In this document: piece by piece, positions 38,147 to 50,818 of the stretch
Position numbering within the stretch: the stretch's first letter is position 1
How the letters are laid out: each line of letters starts with the position of its first letter
NCBI RefSeq assembly: GCF_006345805.1
Contig: NC_042997.1
Span: 200,322,001 to 200,386,000, forward strand
Length of the DNA stretch: 64,000 nucleotides
Source of the DNA: Octopus sinensis
Lineage: Eukaryota
Direction of reading: 5' to 3'
Position numbers and translations under genes: made by a program
Notes under the pieces: generated by a model
Databases searched by the model: none
What the model was told of the DNA's origin: nothing
The model's input: the letters and a program-made list of their open reading frames with translations, nothing else

Positions 38147-38242
38147 CATCATAACGATTCTCTTCCTCATCATCATAACGATTCTCTTCCTCCTCATCAT
38201 AACGATTCTCTTCCTCCTCATCATAACGATTCTCTTCCTCAT
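38147..38242. repeat. 24-bp minisatellite x4 derived from (CAT)n
   Basis: CATCATAACGATTCTCTTCCTC(A/C)T starts at 38147, 38171, 38195 and 38219. Confidence 0.92.
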
Positions 38243-38330
38243 CATCATAATCATCATAATCATTTTCATCATTCTCCTCATTGTCATTTTGCATCCGCTT
38301 GGTCATTATTGGGTTCATATTGCGTAGGCT

Positions 38331-38620
38331 GGAGGCACAATGGCCCAGTGGTTAGGGCAGCGGACTCGCTGTCGGAGGATCACGGTTTCGATTCCCAGAC
38401 CGGGCGTTGTGCGTGTTTATTGAGCGAAAACACCTAAAGCTCCACGAAGTTCCAGCAGTGGGTGGTGGCGACCCCTGTTGTACTCTTCCTTCCTGTTTCT
38501 TGAGTAACACTGCGATTGACTTGCGTCCCGTTCAGCTGGGGGGAACACATACGCCACAGAAACTGGGAAACCGGGCCCATGAGCCTGGCTAGGCTTGAAA
38601 AGGGCGCATAAATAAATAAA
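38331..38620 (+). mobile_element. SINE family C with TSD
   Basis: GGAGGCACAATGGCCCAGTGGTTAGGGCAGCGGACTC head; (TAAA)n tail; flanked by TTGC(G/A)TAGGCTGG. Confidence 0.88.
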
Positions 38621-39049
38621 ATTGCATAGGCTGGTTCATTGTTGCTCTTTTTGATGAGGAGAGGACCACATTTCGCTCGTAAGTAGCATTTTAAACCTGT
38701 ACCTTTCTTTCTGCTTTTTTTTGGTGATATCTATAGTTGAATACCTTGGGTGCATTCGTTGATGGCGCCGGTAACAGAGAAGTTGTTACATGTTGGAAAA
38801 GACTATAATAGCATCCCAACCCTTAACAGAGGATGAATGTTGTTGTGACACCCGACCGCGCTGTATGGTGTTGCGTTCTTGAGCAAAGCAATTCATCTTA
38901 CGTTGCTCTGCGATCACGTCGACATCTGACGCGTGGCACACGCACACCTGCCCAGGTAATATTGATCTGATGAAGGGGGTGAGTAATGTGCAGCACAAGC
39001 ATTTGATGACAATAAACAAATCTAGTTGAGTATATATACATACATACAT

Positions 39050-39087
39050 ATATATATATATTATATATATATATATATATGTATATT

Positions 39088-39179
<92 letters not shown>

Positions 39180-39276
39180 TATAAAAGAAATTAAAAAAGG
39201 AAAATACGCACACTTATATAGTTTTAATATAAATTTTAATATATATATATATATTATATATATATATATATTTCTA

Positions 39277-39307
<31 letters not shown>

Positions 39308-39310
39308 TAT
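39050..39310. repeat. Interrupted (TA)n tracts
   Basis: Direct reading. Confidence 0.92.
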
Positions 39311-39701
39311 AATAAAAATAAAAATAAGCAACAAGGATATCCAAGGTAGTGTAGTACAATCGTTTCATGCTACTTCATTTAATTAAACAATGTAAGTATT
39401 ACATCAGTCTTAAAATGTAGAGCACTCTTCAGCCACATATAGAATTTTTTAATTAAATAGACAAGGTTCATTCTTATACTTATTCCATTTGCCAACATTA
39501 TAAAGAGGGTAGATATATATAGACAGAGAGGTTAATTTCATCATTAGGAACATGGTAGTACAAGGTCCTTCTCCACGTTTGTAGAAGGTCCTGCCCATGG
39601 AGAAGGACCTTCTACTACCATGTTCTTAATGATGAAATTAACCTCTCTGTCTATATATCCACCTTCTTTGTAATACCATATATTGTGTGTGTATATATAT
39701 A

Positions 39702-39756
<55 letters not shown>

Positions 39757-39774
39757 TATATAAGCTTTTCTACT

Positions 39775-39948
39775 CAAGGTACAAGACCCGAAATTTTGGG
39801 GGAGGGGTGGAGGCTAGTCGATTAGATCGACCCCAGTACGAAACTGGTACTTAATTTATCGACTCCGAAAGGATGAAAGGCAAAGTCGACCTCGGCCGAA
39901 TTTGAACTCAGATACCGAATTTGAACGAGATACCGCTAAGCATTTCGC
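39775..39948 (-). mobile_element. SINE family B, partial
   Basis: GAAAGGATGAAAGGCAAAGTCGACCTCGGCCGAATTTGAACTCAG. Confidence 0.8.
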
Positions 39949-40008
<60 letters not shown>

Positions 40009-40969
40009 AGTTGTTGCCATTCACGACTACATTTCTGATTTATGCAGAGCGTAATCCACTCTTTGAATAGAGACAAAAACCTTTCAACGTCAACAAAATT
40101 ACCATTTCTCTTTACGGTTCCGACTTAAAAAGATGTTAAATTTCCATACTTAGTCACTCTAACTCCAATATAGAAACTATATATGTTACCTGAATGGCAT
40201 TGCATTTTTCTAACTCTCATTGCGTTCTGTATTTCGTAAATATTCCAAGCAAAATGTTCGTTTTATTTCTCTACAACTTTGCATGTAGAATGTTACTTTG
40301 TTTCTGAATTTATAAGTTTTATGAACAACATAATGTTGGCAGCTAGACTACTCTGCGCATATCAAATATGGACATTTCTTTTTTTACTTCTTGATCATTT
40401 TATGTCTCTACAACAAACTCTTTTAGTCTTGGCTAATTTCACTTTCGATATTTGTTTTTATTTAAAACTACTTTTCTATATTTCAAGTTGATTTTTCGCT
40501 CAACGTTTGGATTAAATCAGATAATCTGCATTCCAAATGTTTCAAGGGTATTTGGAGAACACTTCTGTAATAGCTTCTGGGAAGGACAGGAAAAAAAAAA
40601 GAAGGAAAGAGCGAGAAGCAGACCTAGATAGACACAAACCGGAATCGTTCAGCTATAAACGTGTTCTTTATCTATTCCTTTTATCGATTTTATTTCTTTT
40701 TTCTATCTCTCATCTTTTTCTCTTTCTACCTGTCATTGGATTCTGTTGAAGAAGAATTTATCCTTTTAGTCGGGTAATGAAATCAAAACGTCTAGCTAAT
40801 CAGATAGATGTGAAATAAAATGATATTTCAAAGAGAAAGAAAGGGATCAGAGCGTAAAGAAGAGAATATTGTTAATCTTGTTTTCGTGATGAAACACATC
40901 CGGCACTCTATCTGATAATACTAATAATGATAATAAATATATCCGAGTCATGAGACTGTAGACAAAACA

Positions 40970-41339
40970 TAGGCACAGCTGTGGCTGTGTTGTCAGAAGT
41001 TTGGTTTCCAACCACATAGTTTCGTGTTCAGTCTTACGGCGTGGCACCTTGGGCAAGTGCCTTCTACTATAGCCACGGGACGACCAAAGCCTTGTGAGAT
41101 TTGGCTGACGGCGGAGCCTGTCCTATATGTGTGTGTGTGTTTACGTGTATTTGAGTGTCTGTGTGTGCTTGTGCGTGTGTTTGTGCCTGCAGCAGACACA
41201 AAAGTGTCACCTCTACGCCCCACCACCCCAGCTACGCTATTGACGACGGGCTTCTTTCGGTTCCGGTGTATCAAAGCCACACACTCGGAACCATGCGACC
41301 GGGAAGTGAACGTCTAACCAGGCGGCCACTCCTGTGCCT
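40970..41339. mobile_element. Two diverged SINE family A 5' fragments, tail-to-tail
   Basis: Plus-strand head at 40970-41110; minus-strand head ends CCACTCCTGTGCCT at 41339. Confidence 0.7.
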
Positions 41340-42184
41340 ATTGTCGTGAAATCAACTTCCAAATAAGGAAGCCGACCCAGCGCCTATGCTTTAATATTTA
41401 TGTGTTTAGATTTAGGCATGTCATGAATCCTAGGGCCCTTAACCTTGTTTCAGTGACTGAAATCGCAACAGACCTCACCACTCCCACACAGGATGCTCAT
41501 CTGTCGCAGACACTTTAATAATGTAAAACTAATTTAAACTACCAACTAATCATTGGATAAGATATTTTCAGCTGCTTCTTATTTACTGAGAACAATTCGT
41601 CTCTGATGACGTGCTTGAAGTAGTTGTTATTATAATTACTAAAATTGTGGTTTAAGCGTATGTAGGCGAAGCTACACTAAAATGTATTTTTTAGTACCTC
41701 TGTTTTAATTGCCTGTTTTTAATTACCCCCTTTTATCAGCTGCAATTTGGCACCATTCTAGTTGTGGGCAGAACTTAATAATCACTAATCTGTAGCTTGC
41801 TTTTTTAGCTATCAAAAAAAGTTTGATGTGTCTAAGTGTAATGTAATATTTCGTCTATAGCTTCCAGTCTTTTGTAGATAACTGTTTATCGTCTCACCAA
41901 TACCGATGGTTACCAACTAGAAAATAAAATGCTGAATGAAACCAATTGGGAATCTGAAAGGAAATTAAAATATTTCTTTTTAGTAACTTAGAATACAATT
42001 TTCCAAACTCTTGATAACATCTTCTTTAACATCCTACATATCTGAAATAGTGTAGCGAAAATAATTCCACGTTTGATTACAGAGCAAATCTAAAGTTTTA
42101 AAGTAATATCTATTTAATAAATGTCATCATTATAATCAAGTGAAAATCAATGAATAACTTTTCTATATAATTACATATGATTAT

Positions 42185-42359
42185 AGGCGCAGGAGTGGCT
42201 GTGCGGTAAGTAGCTTGATTACCAGCCACTTGGTTCCGGGTTCAGTCCCTCTGCGTGGCATCTTGGGCAAGTGTCTTCTACTATAGCCTCGGGTCGACCA
42301 AAGCCTTGTGAGTGGATTTGGTAGACGGAAACCGAAAGAAGCCTGTCGTATATATATAC

Positions 42360-42420
<61 letters not shown>

Positions 42421-42586
42421 TGTGTTTGACAACTAATACTGGTGTGTTTACGTCCCCGTAACCTAGCGGTTCGTCAAAAGAGACCGATAGAATAAGTTCT
42501 AGGCTTACAAAGAATAAGTCATGTGGTCGATTTGCTCAACTAAAGGCGGTGCTCCAGTATGGCTACAGCCAAATGACTGAAACAAA
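42185..42586 (+). mobile_element. SINE family A, tail interrupted by a Helitron
   Basis: AGGCGCAGGAGTGGCTGTGCGGTAAG head; ends AAATGACTGAAACAAA directly before the Helitron 5' TC. Confidence 0.92.
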
Positions 42587-42981
42587 TCTTTATATATAAA
42601 AGTGAAGTTGTGTGTCTTTCTCCTACGATTTAGATTCCTAACTACTCCCACATTTTGCGGTGCAGTTTAACCAAAACCGGGTATCTTATAGTCGTGATTC
42701 ATATCAAGCCCTTCTGGGTATTAGCGCGCGTCTACGATGAGTCTACGATTTAAAAAAAAATTTACCATAATTTTTTTCCATTTTAATGCATTTTTTCGCT
42801 ATTATATAAGGGAAGTAACTCTCTAAAAATGTCTACGAAGAGTCAACGATTTAAAAAAAATTGCCATAATTTTTTTTCTATTTTTAATGCATTTTTTGCT
42901 ATATTTTGGCTATAACTCTCTAAAAATGCTTATATAGTTATTTCCCTTACAGACCCGAGCAATGCCGGGCGATACTGCTAG
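42587..42981 (+). mobile_element. Non-autonomous Helitron, same termini as the 13539 copy
   Basis: A|TCTTTATATATAAAAG ... CCCGAGCAATGCCGGG ... CTAG|T. Confidence 0.88.
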
Positions 42982-44370
42982 TATAAACTAAAATTAAATG
43001 AAACAGCTGCTTTAATATTTTGAGCATTTTAACTATGATGGAAAAATGAAAATGGTAATTGTGAAAACGAGGCTACCTTATACTGTCACGAAAACGGTGA
43101 CGACGGTGATGGTGATCATAAAGGTGACGATGTTGATGATGATATTGATGACAACGATGATGTTTTTGATGGGGTTCTCATAATGAGTCGTTAAAAAAAT
43201 GTTTTTAGTATAGTACCCGTAGTAGTAATCACATGTTGAACCTGCATCGACAAAATTTAGATAAAACAAGTAAAACATATCTTTCCTCGAGAATTAAACA
43301 TGACAGTCATTAGGTATTTTTTGTTTTATAATCGTAATAACATAATATGGAGTTTCCCCGTAGCAATGCTAGAAAAAGAAGAAAAAAAAACACGAAACGA
43401 AATAATTTTCAATGATCATATATCATCGAGGGGGGTCTATTTTTTTGTTTTGCTATGTTACGAGACAGCTAGAAGACATCAATTAAGATACGATGGTTTC
43501 AAAATGGAGTATGGATCAGATGACAGCAAAAACATTTCTGCTTATTTATGAAGACGATAAGGAAGATAACAATGATGAGAGGAAATAATCAAGCTAGAGA
43601 ATAGCTGAGATGACATGTTCGGCTCCGATGAGAGTGATGATGATTACGATAAGCAAACGAAGTCGCGGTGGAGAAAGATTAATACATACGTCTATTTGTG
43701 TTGCAGCTGCCGTTAAGACAACTAGTAACGTAAGTTGAATATTTTCAAACAAATCATGTACAAATCGTGGAAAGATCCGCTAACGAATTATTGTGGGAAA
43801 CAAAGAGAAAAATCTCCAAGATGCAGTACATAGTGCTGTTCAAACAATTATACACTTTATCCATGCTGCAATTTATTGTGTTTCTTGGACGTCTGCAACA
43901 GTACTATACAATGTACGTTCTTCGTATCTATGTACCAATTATCCCAACCAATTTGGTGCACCTAATTATCTTCCTGTTGGCATCGACCTCACATCAAACT
44001 CACAGCAACATCGTTTAAATTGCCGATATTTTAGTTCATCCTTGTCATGAATGCTATTTTGGTCAATAAAATTCTAACAATTTGTAAAAGTACGTAAAAA
44101 TCTATTTTCTCGTTTTTCCTCTCCCGTCTCTACATTTATTCAACATAGGCAAGTCACTCGAGCCCTTATGTGTCACGTGATATTTTGCTCGCATTTCATT
44201 CTCTCTTAAGAGGAGACAACTTCTACCTCTACGGAGCCGCAATAGAATTTAAGCAGAAAATACGTATAAGTACAACTTGACATTTTTTTCGTAAGATGGC
44301 TATTTATCAATTTGCCTACCTATCATTTTGCAATGCAAATTAATATATATATATATATACATATGTGTGC

Positions 44371-44407
<37 letters not shown>

Positions 44408-44410
<3 letters not shown>

Positions 44411-44600
44411 AGAAATCCCCCACCAAAAAGAACAAAAGACGAAGACAGTTGGTGTAGACAACAAACAGATGTATTAGTATAATGCTCGGGAAGTGAAAAA
44501 GTCTTTAACGTTTCGAGTCTACGCTCTTCCACAGAAAGGAACACAGAAAGAAACAAGGAGAGCAAATAAAGAATGTGTAGTGGCTAGCGATCTATCATGG
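44408..44600 (-). mobile_element. Penelope-like pseudo-LTR fragment abutting (TA)n
   Basis: Homologous to 32040-32260. Confidence 0.65.
44501..44538 (-). ncRNA. Minimal type I hammerhead motif, A6U variant
   Basis: Minus strand CTTT-CTGTGGA-A-GAG-CGTAGA-CTC-GAAAC-GTT-AAAG. Confidence 0.55.
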
Positions 44601-44875
44601 AGAAGGCATCCATAACATTTCTAAGACAAAAATATTCAACTTCTTTTAATGTAAGCATAGTAAAAAGGAAATCTCGAATTCCTGCATCCGTTCATTTTCA
44701 GCTCATTGCCGATTTTCAGTTCATTAAATTTCACACTTTTGATATTGATCGACAATAATTAAAACAAATTATAAAGAACCTTCTTGTGTAGAGCTCAGAA
44801 TAGAGGCCATCTTTCTGGTAGCAACCTTTCCCGCTTCCTTTATGTCTTTTACATACACAAGAAATATTCCAAGAG

Positions 44876-45289
44876 GGATCTTTTCGGTTTGAACGGCAGT
44901 TTTTTTAACATAATTTCTAGGTAACTAAACATTTTAAAACTTCGTATACTGGTAGAATGTGTTTATAAAACATCTTTTTCTCTTGGCTTTATTGAGAAAA
45001 TTCTATAGTTTGTAAGATGTTTGTTGTTTTTTCTTCAATTTCTGCAATTTCAACCAATCAATGACGTCTATTGAGGTGAAAACATTCTGTGTCGTATGAA
45101 TATGTCCCTCGTTTAAGAAAAAAATTGGGTTTATTTACATTTCTGAACAAAAAAGATACCCTTCCCCCACCCCTAACCCTAACCCTAAAGCAGATTGAAA
45201 TGCAATAGATCGATATTAGGGTCATAATTATGGGTGGCAATTTCATATGACACCACTAGAAAAAACTGCCGTTCAGACCGAAAAGATCC
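44876..45289. mobile_element. 414-bp MITE, probably Merlin superfamily
   Basis: 30-bp TIRs GGATCTTTTCGGT(T/C)TGAACGGCAGTTTTTT; perfect 8-bp TSD TCCAAGAG (44868-44875, 45290-45297); GG...CC termini. Confidence 0.85.
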
Positions 45290-46480
45290 TCCAAGAGTAA
45301 TTCCAAGTCTAGCTTTTGGCCTTCCTTTATATCAACGTTGTTTGTCAGCCCAACATCTAACTGGGTTGATGTTCGGGAACATAAGAATAATACGTTCATC
45401 ATATGTCTGATCAACAATGCATTAATGTACGGCTACGCTACACAATAATATGCAATCAGTTCTGACAATTATTGTTAAATGAAATGAACGACATGTTTGT
45501 TTTTACCTGCTTCTCGCATTCTCCTCCTCCGACGAAAACTACTTTAACGTGACACATAATAATGACGTTTATCCTGGGCATTAAAATGGCTTTAAGTCAA
45601 ACATATTCTCGTTTCCAGTTTAATAATAAAATATTATTTCCATATTTTTACATTTGATGTTCATGGGTATTGAAAATCGACAAATGCAACAATGAGTCGT
45701 AGAAAATGACATCAAAAGTGTTAAAGAGATTTTCAAAAAAAAAAAAAAAAAAGAAATCTGGTCTCTTTCTGTGTAATGAAAATGTGTGAGGGGTAAATAT
45801 GTACTTTAATGTGTCTCATATTCACAATGCAATCATTTGAAATAGCTGTGTTGTTTCTTTATTGTCACATTCAAGTCAGATAAAGCAAACACGAAATAAA
45901 CGTTCATCCATTGAAATCTCTTTGTAGTCAACAATAGATAATAACATAGGGTGTTGACCTTCAGCGTTTCCGAATGTTCCGTTTTCAAGCCACTTATATC
46001 ATTTATATCGGCGCAGAACGAGTGGGAACATTTCAAAATTACTCTTGCCATTATCTATTTAACTGAATAAAGTTCAACTTCAATGGCTTTTCTTTTAAAA
46101 TAAGAGTATCTCATCTTCACACTGCTTACACAGGTAATATATATTTGCAAATATTTCTGCTTTTATTGTGTTGATGGTCGGTCTTTGTTGCCTTTGGGTG
46201 AGATTCATGTGTTGCTTGTGGTGAAACCAAAGCACATTAATTCTTTGTGATTGGTTAATGATATGTCATAAAAGTTTACGGGTTCAAGTTGTTCTTGAAT
46301 TAATCTGTAGCGAGACCTTGGCTAAGCTTTGAAAACTAACCCTCAAATTCCCCCAGTCTAGAAGCATGAACTTATGGAATTCGACAAAAGGTGAAGAGTC
46401 GCCATAGAAAAAGTATTAACGCCGATGTGAATATGACTCGAACAGTCAGTACTGGTTGACACTTATTATGGTAGAGGCGG

Positions 46481-47079
46481 AAGGTGGCGAGCTGGCAGAA
46501 CCGTTAGCGCGCCGGGCGAAATGCTTAGCGGTATTTCGTCTGTCGTTACGTTCTGAGTTCAAATTCCGCCGAGGTCGACTTTGCTTTTTATCCTTTCGGG
46601 GTCGATAAATAAAGTACCAATTTCGCACTGGGGTTGATGTAATCGACTTAATACCTATGTCTGTCCTTGTTTGTCCCCTCTGTGTTTAGCCTCTTGTGGG
46701 TAATAAAGAAATAGGTATTTCGTCTGTCGTTACGTTCTGAGTTCAAATTCCGCCGAGGTCGACTTTGCTTTTTATCCTTTCGGGGTCGATAAATAAAGTA
46801 CCAATTTCGCACTGGGGTCGATGTAATCGACTTAATACCTATGTCTGTCCTTGTTTGTCCCCTCTGTGTTTAGCCCCTTGTGGGTAATAAAGAAATAGGT
46901 ATTTCGTCTGTCGTTACGTTCTGAGTTCAAATTCCGCCGAGGTCGACTTTGCCTTTCGTCCTTTCGGGGTCGATAAATAAAGTACCAATTTCGCACTGGG
47001 GTTGATGTAATCGACTTAATACCTATGTCTGCCCTTGTTTGTCCCCTCTGAGTGTAGCCCCTTGTGGGCAGTAAAGAAA
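46481..47079 (+). mobile_element. SINE family B: one head plus three 184-bp bodies inside a single TSD
   Basis: Units start at 46530, 46714 and 46898; TSD TATTATGGT(A/G)GAGGCGG at 46464-46480 and 47080-47096. Confidence 0.95.
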
Positions 47080-49190
47080 TATTATGGTGGAGGCGGCAAT
47101 CTTCAAAGGAAGTGTGCGAGTTTTCTTGCCAAGCAGTTTGGCTGAATCCTCAAGAACTTTTGAGCCGACAGTAATAAACAGTTATAATAAAGTAGAGTTG
47201 TCCCAGGATTTTGCAGGTTGTGTTGCTTTTCTCCTGTATGTTGGTCTCTCACTTCTGTCATCCAGTCTCCTGACAAGTTTAGCACCAGGTCAGAGAGCCA
47301 CTTGGCGTCTAAGGCCAAGTTTGTTCGTTTCAGTAAGTTCTCTTTCCCCTTCTTTCTTTTTTCTGGCGCAATCTGCTTCTTTTGTATTCACACTCAGCTG
47401 GTAAAAATGAATATTAATTGTAATTCAAAGGGCAAGTCTTGTCACATTCATTGTGAAGCTGAAACTCCCTGAGAAGTACATTAAGGGTACGCGTGTCCGA
47501 GGAGTGCTCAGCCACTTACACGTTAATTTCACGAGCAGGCTGTTCCGTTGATCGGATCAACAAAAACAACCGCCGTCGATTCTGACAGAGCAGAGAGTTT
47601 GCTTTTTCTGTGTATTGGCTAAATGTAATATTTGTAAAATGTTTCTGCGTCATTTTGCTTTTTCCCAGTGTTCAATGAGAAGTGCGAATGCTACGGTTTA
47701 CATTAGGCTATTCTTGAGTTAAGCATGCAGTTTAGGAGTAAAACAATGAAAGTAAACTGAACGGAAGTAATGACAGTGATATTCCATACTTTCCCAAAAG
47801 AATCTGATAAAACCCCCTAATTCTATTTTCAAAAGCCCCTCCCCCCTCCTCATTATATCGCATCCATAGGCACATACTGTTATAGTAGCTTTTAGAAATG
47901 TTTTAAGTATATTCCCGTCCCCCCAAAAAACCACCCGTTTTTAAAAATCTGTTTTCTGTTTTTCGACACAAACCCACCTTTTCGGCTACAGGGAATACAA
48001 ATCTGCAAAAAAAATTGGCAAAAATCGGCATTTTTAAATTACTCCCAATCCCACCCCACCATTTCCTTTATTAACGTGGGTTTTTGGCAAAAAAACAAAA
48101 TTTTAAATAAACAAATTTGGGAGAAAATGGGTGGAAGTCTTTCCCCTGATTTCACTGTTGTCACCTCCAGTTAATTTACTTTCACTTTTTTTAAAGCCTC
48201 TAATCTGCATACTAACCATTTCTTGTGTGTTATATTTATGTTGCTGAGTGTTAGTGTTGTGGTTTTGTTCTTTGGTATTGTTTGTAAGAACATGACGAAT
48301 TTGGTTGGTCTTCATAATGTAGAACTGTGTTCCTAGATAATTATCTTATGATTAGGACAGTTGTGCAACTGTACTGGAAACTGAAACCGAAAGTAACTGA
48401 CATGCGATCTAAATACGAGGCTGATGTTTATTTTATAGAGGAGCCAGAAAACCATTAAGATGTCGCTGAAATAGTGAAAAATCAGACGACTTCTTGTGAT
48501 ATCCGGTTTAAGAAAGTACAGTTTCTAGGTGTGTTGATACCATACTTTTGGTTACTAGAATATTTTACGATATTCCTGAGAATGTTTTCTTGTAGACACT
48601 ATTATCAGAAAACTAATCTAAATTGACGTATCTAATTGGTATATTGTCTGAATAATGTTACGAAATTCGTACTGAGGGTGATGGGTGATTTAAGAATTGA
48701 TATTTTAAGGGTCATTTGCTCAGATTAAAACATGTAAGATATTTAGAATGATAAATTATAATGTAAACGATAATACAATACATAGATACATAAAATCGCG
48801 TAAATCATACTTAATTCATCCAGTTGTACACGAACGTATAAAATATGACTGGAAATGATTATATTTTATTCAACTCTGCTTCATATGTCTCTAATTATTT
48901 AATTCCAGTTTGACCAAGCTTTACACATATCAGCAAATGTATTATTTGCTGTTCTTATGTATAAGGATTATCGTTCGTATAGGACACTGTAAAGGACGAA
49001 TTCAGTTTTCATGGCCGACAGCACACAACGACGTATTTATAGTACATTGTTTTTTTTTCGCGTATATTGTCTGTGAGAAGAATTTTCTTTTTCCGGGACT
49101 GGTTTTGCAGCGAAAGGTCTTCCCATGTCCGAGTAGAGACAAAGGTGTTAAACATGATTGTACATTATTATATTAAAACATTATATTATA

Positions 49191-49192
<2 letters not shown>

Positions 49193-49237
<45 letters not shown>

Positions 49238-49682
49238 TGTCGTTTAACGTCCGCTTTCCATGCTGGCATGGTTTGGACGGTTTGACTGAGGACTGGCAAG
49301 CCAGGAGACTGCACCAGGCTCCAATCTGATCTGGCAAGGTTTCTACAGCTGGATACCCTTCCTAACGCCAGCCACTCAGAGAGTGTAGCGGGTGCTTTTT
49401 ACGTGCCACCGGCACGGGGGCCAGTCAGGCGGCACTGGCATCGATCACGCTCGAATGGTGCCATTTATGTGCCACTGGCACGGGTGCAGTTCAGGTGGCA
49501 CTGGCATCGGCCACGATTACGATTCCTCTTGCTCACTCAAGCACAGTATATTGCCTGACGATTGAAGGGTACTTTCAAACGAGCCGGTTATTCAGAACTG
49601 ATATCGTCTACGGCTACGGCTCACTAGACTTGCCGGGTCTTCTCAATCACAGCATATCTCCAAAGGTATCGGTCTCTTGCCA
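49193..49682 (-). mobile_element. 3' end of an RTE-type LINE (or its SINE derivative) with (GAT)n tail
   Basis: Minus strand DLWRYAVIEKTRQ ORF end; 3' UTR with repeated GTGCCACTGGCACG-like units; terminates in ...GGACGTTAAACGACA(ATG)n. Confidence 0.72.
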
Positions 49683-50308
49683 TTGGTTTATATTATATTA
49701 GAGCAATATATTATAATCTGTTGCTCAAGATGAACTATCACACAGATTCCTGATCATCCTATGGGCACTCAAAAAAGAAAGACTTATTCCTGATTTTGCC
49801 ATCCCATGCAGTTTTTATTTTCCACTTCCAGCAAGATTATTCACAAATCAGATGCAAAGAATACATGATAGTTTCGACAATAAAATGCATATTCTCTAAT
49901 TAACAAACCAGTAAAGACCTCTTTAATGGATAAAACAAAACACTGCCGGACGAAATAAGAGAGATTACCAAAAATACTCGTCTTCAATTCAGCTAACTGA
50001 ATTCCGTTTGCCACAACTTTCAGCTCGCACTTTCAGGTTTTGCTTTATTCTGCGTAGACTCCTCCACTCACGATGGTTCGTAGAATGGTGGGGTGATTCC
50101 ATTCGTGTCTCTCCCTTTTCCTTAACACAAATTAATTTATAATGGATATAACGTAGCGTAAAGGATGGAAAGAAATGCACTGATGGCATCTCAACCTCTC
50201 AAACCGAGAAGTTGATGAGGTTGTTGAAAAAGAAAGGAACACAAAGTGATGCGAGGAAAGAAGTTGGGGTACCCTAGTCATTAAAGTATATCATTATATT
50301 CTTGGTCA

Positions 50309-50717
50309 AAGGCGGCGAGCTGGCAGAAACGTTAGCACGCCAGGCGAAATGCTTAGCAGTATTTCGTCTGTCTTTATGTTCTGAGTTCAAATTCCGCCGA
50401 GGGCAACTTTGCCTTTCATCCTTTCGGGGTCGATTAAATAAGTACCAGTTACGCACTGGGGTCGATATAATCGAGTTAATCGGTTTGTTTGTCCTTGTTT
50501 GTCCCCTCTGAGTGTAGCCCCTTGTGGGCAGTAAAGAAATAAGAAATGCTTAATGGTATTTCGTCTGTCTTTATGTCATGAGTTCAAATTCCACCGAGGT
50601 CGACTTTGTTTCATCCTTTCGGGGTCGATAAACTAAGTACCAGTTGCGTACTGGGGTCGATCTAATCGACTAGCCTCCTCCCCCAAAATTTCAGGCCTTG
50701 TGCCTAGAGTAGAAAAG
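50309..50717 (+). mobile_element. SINE family B dimer with TSD
   Basis: TSD ATTATATTCTTGGTCA at 50293-50308 and 50718-50733. Confidence 0.93.
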
Positions 50718-50780
50718 ATTATATTCTTGGTCAGCAAACTACTTAAGATCAATGAAGGCAGTGTATGATAAATTCTAAAT

Positions 50781-50818
<38 letters not shown>

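Noticed and set aside
38055-38318. Acidic repeat protein (ENRYDEEE)n
   Set aside because: Read-through of a 24-bp minisatellite within (CAT)n; no splice or homology support.
42185-42260. tRNA genes at SINE heads
   Set aside because: A/B-box-like motifs are present, but there is no complete cloverleaf and they run into SINE bodies.
45172-45189. Interstitial telomere
   Set aside because: Only three units, internal to a MITE.
47084-47404. Coding exon suggested by ORFs on both strands
   Set aside because: No recognisable domain, and no convincing splice context.
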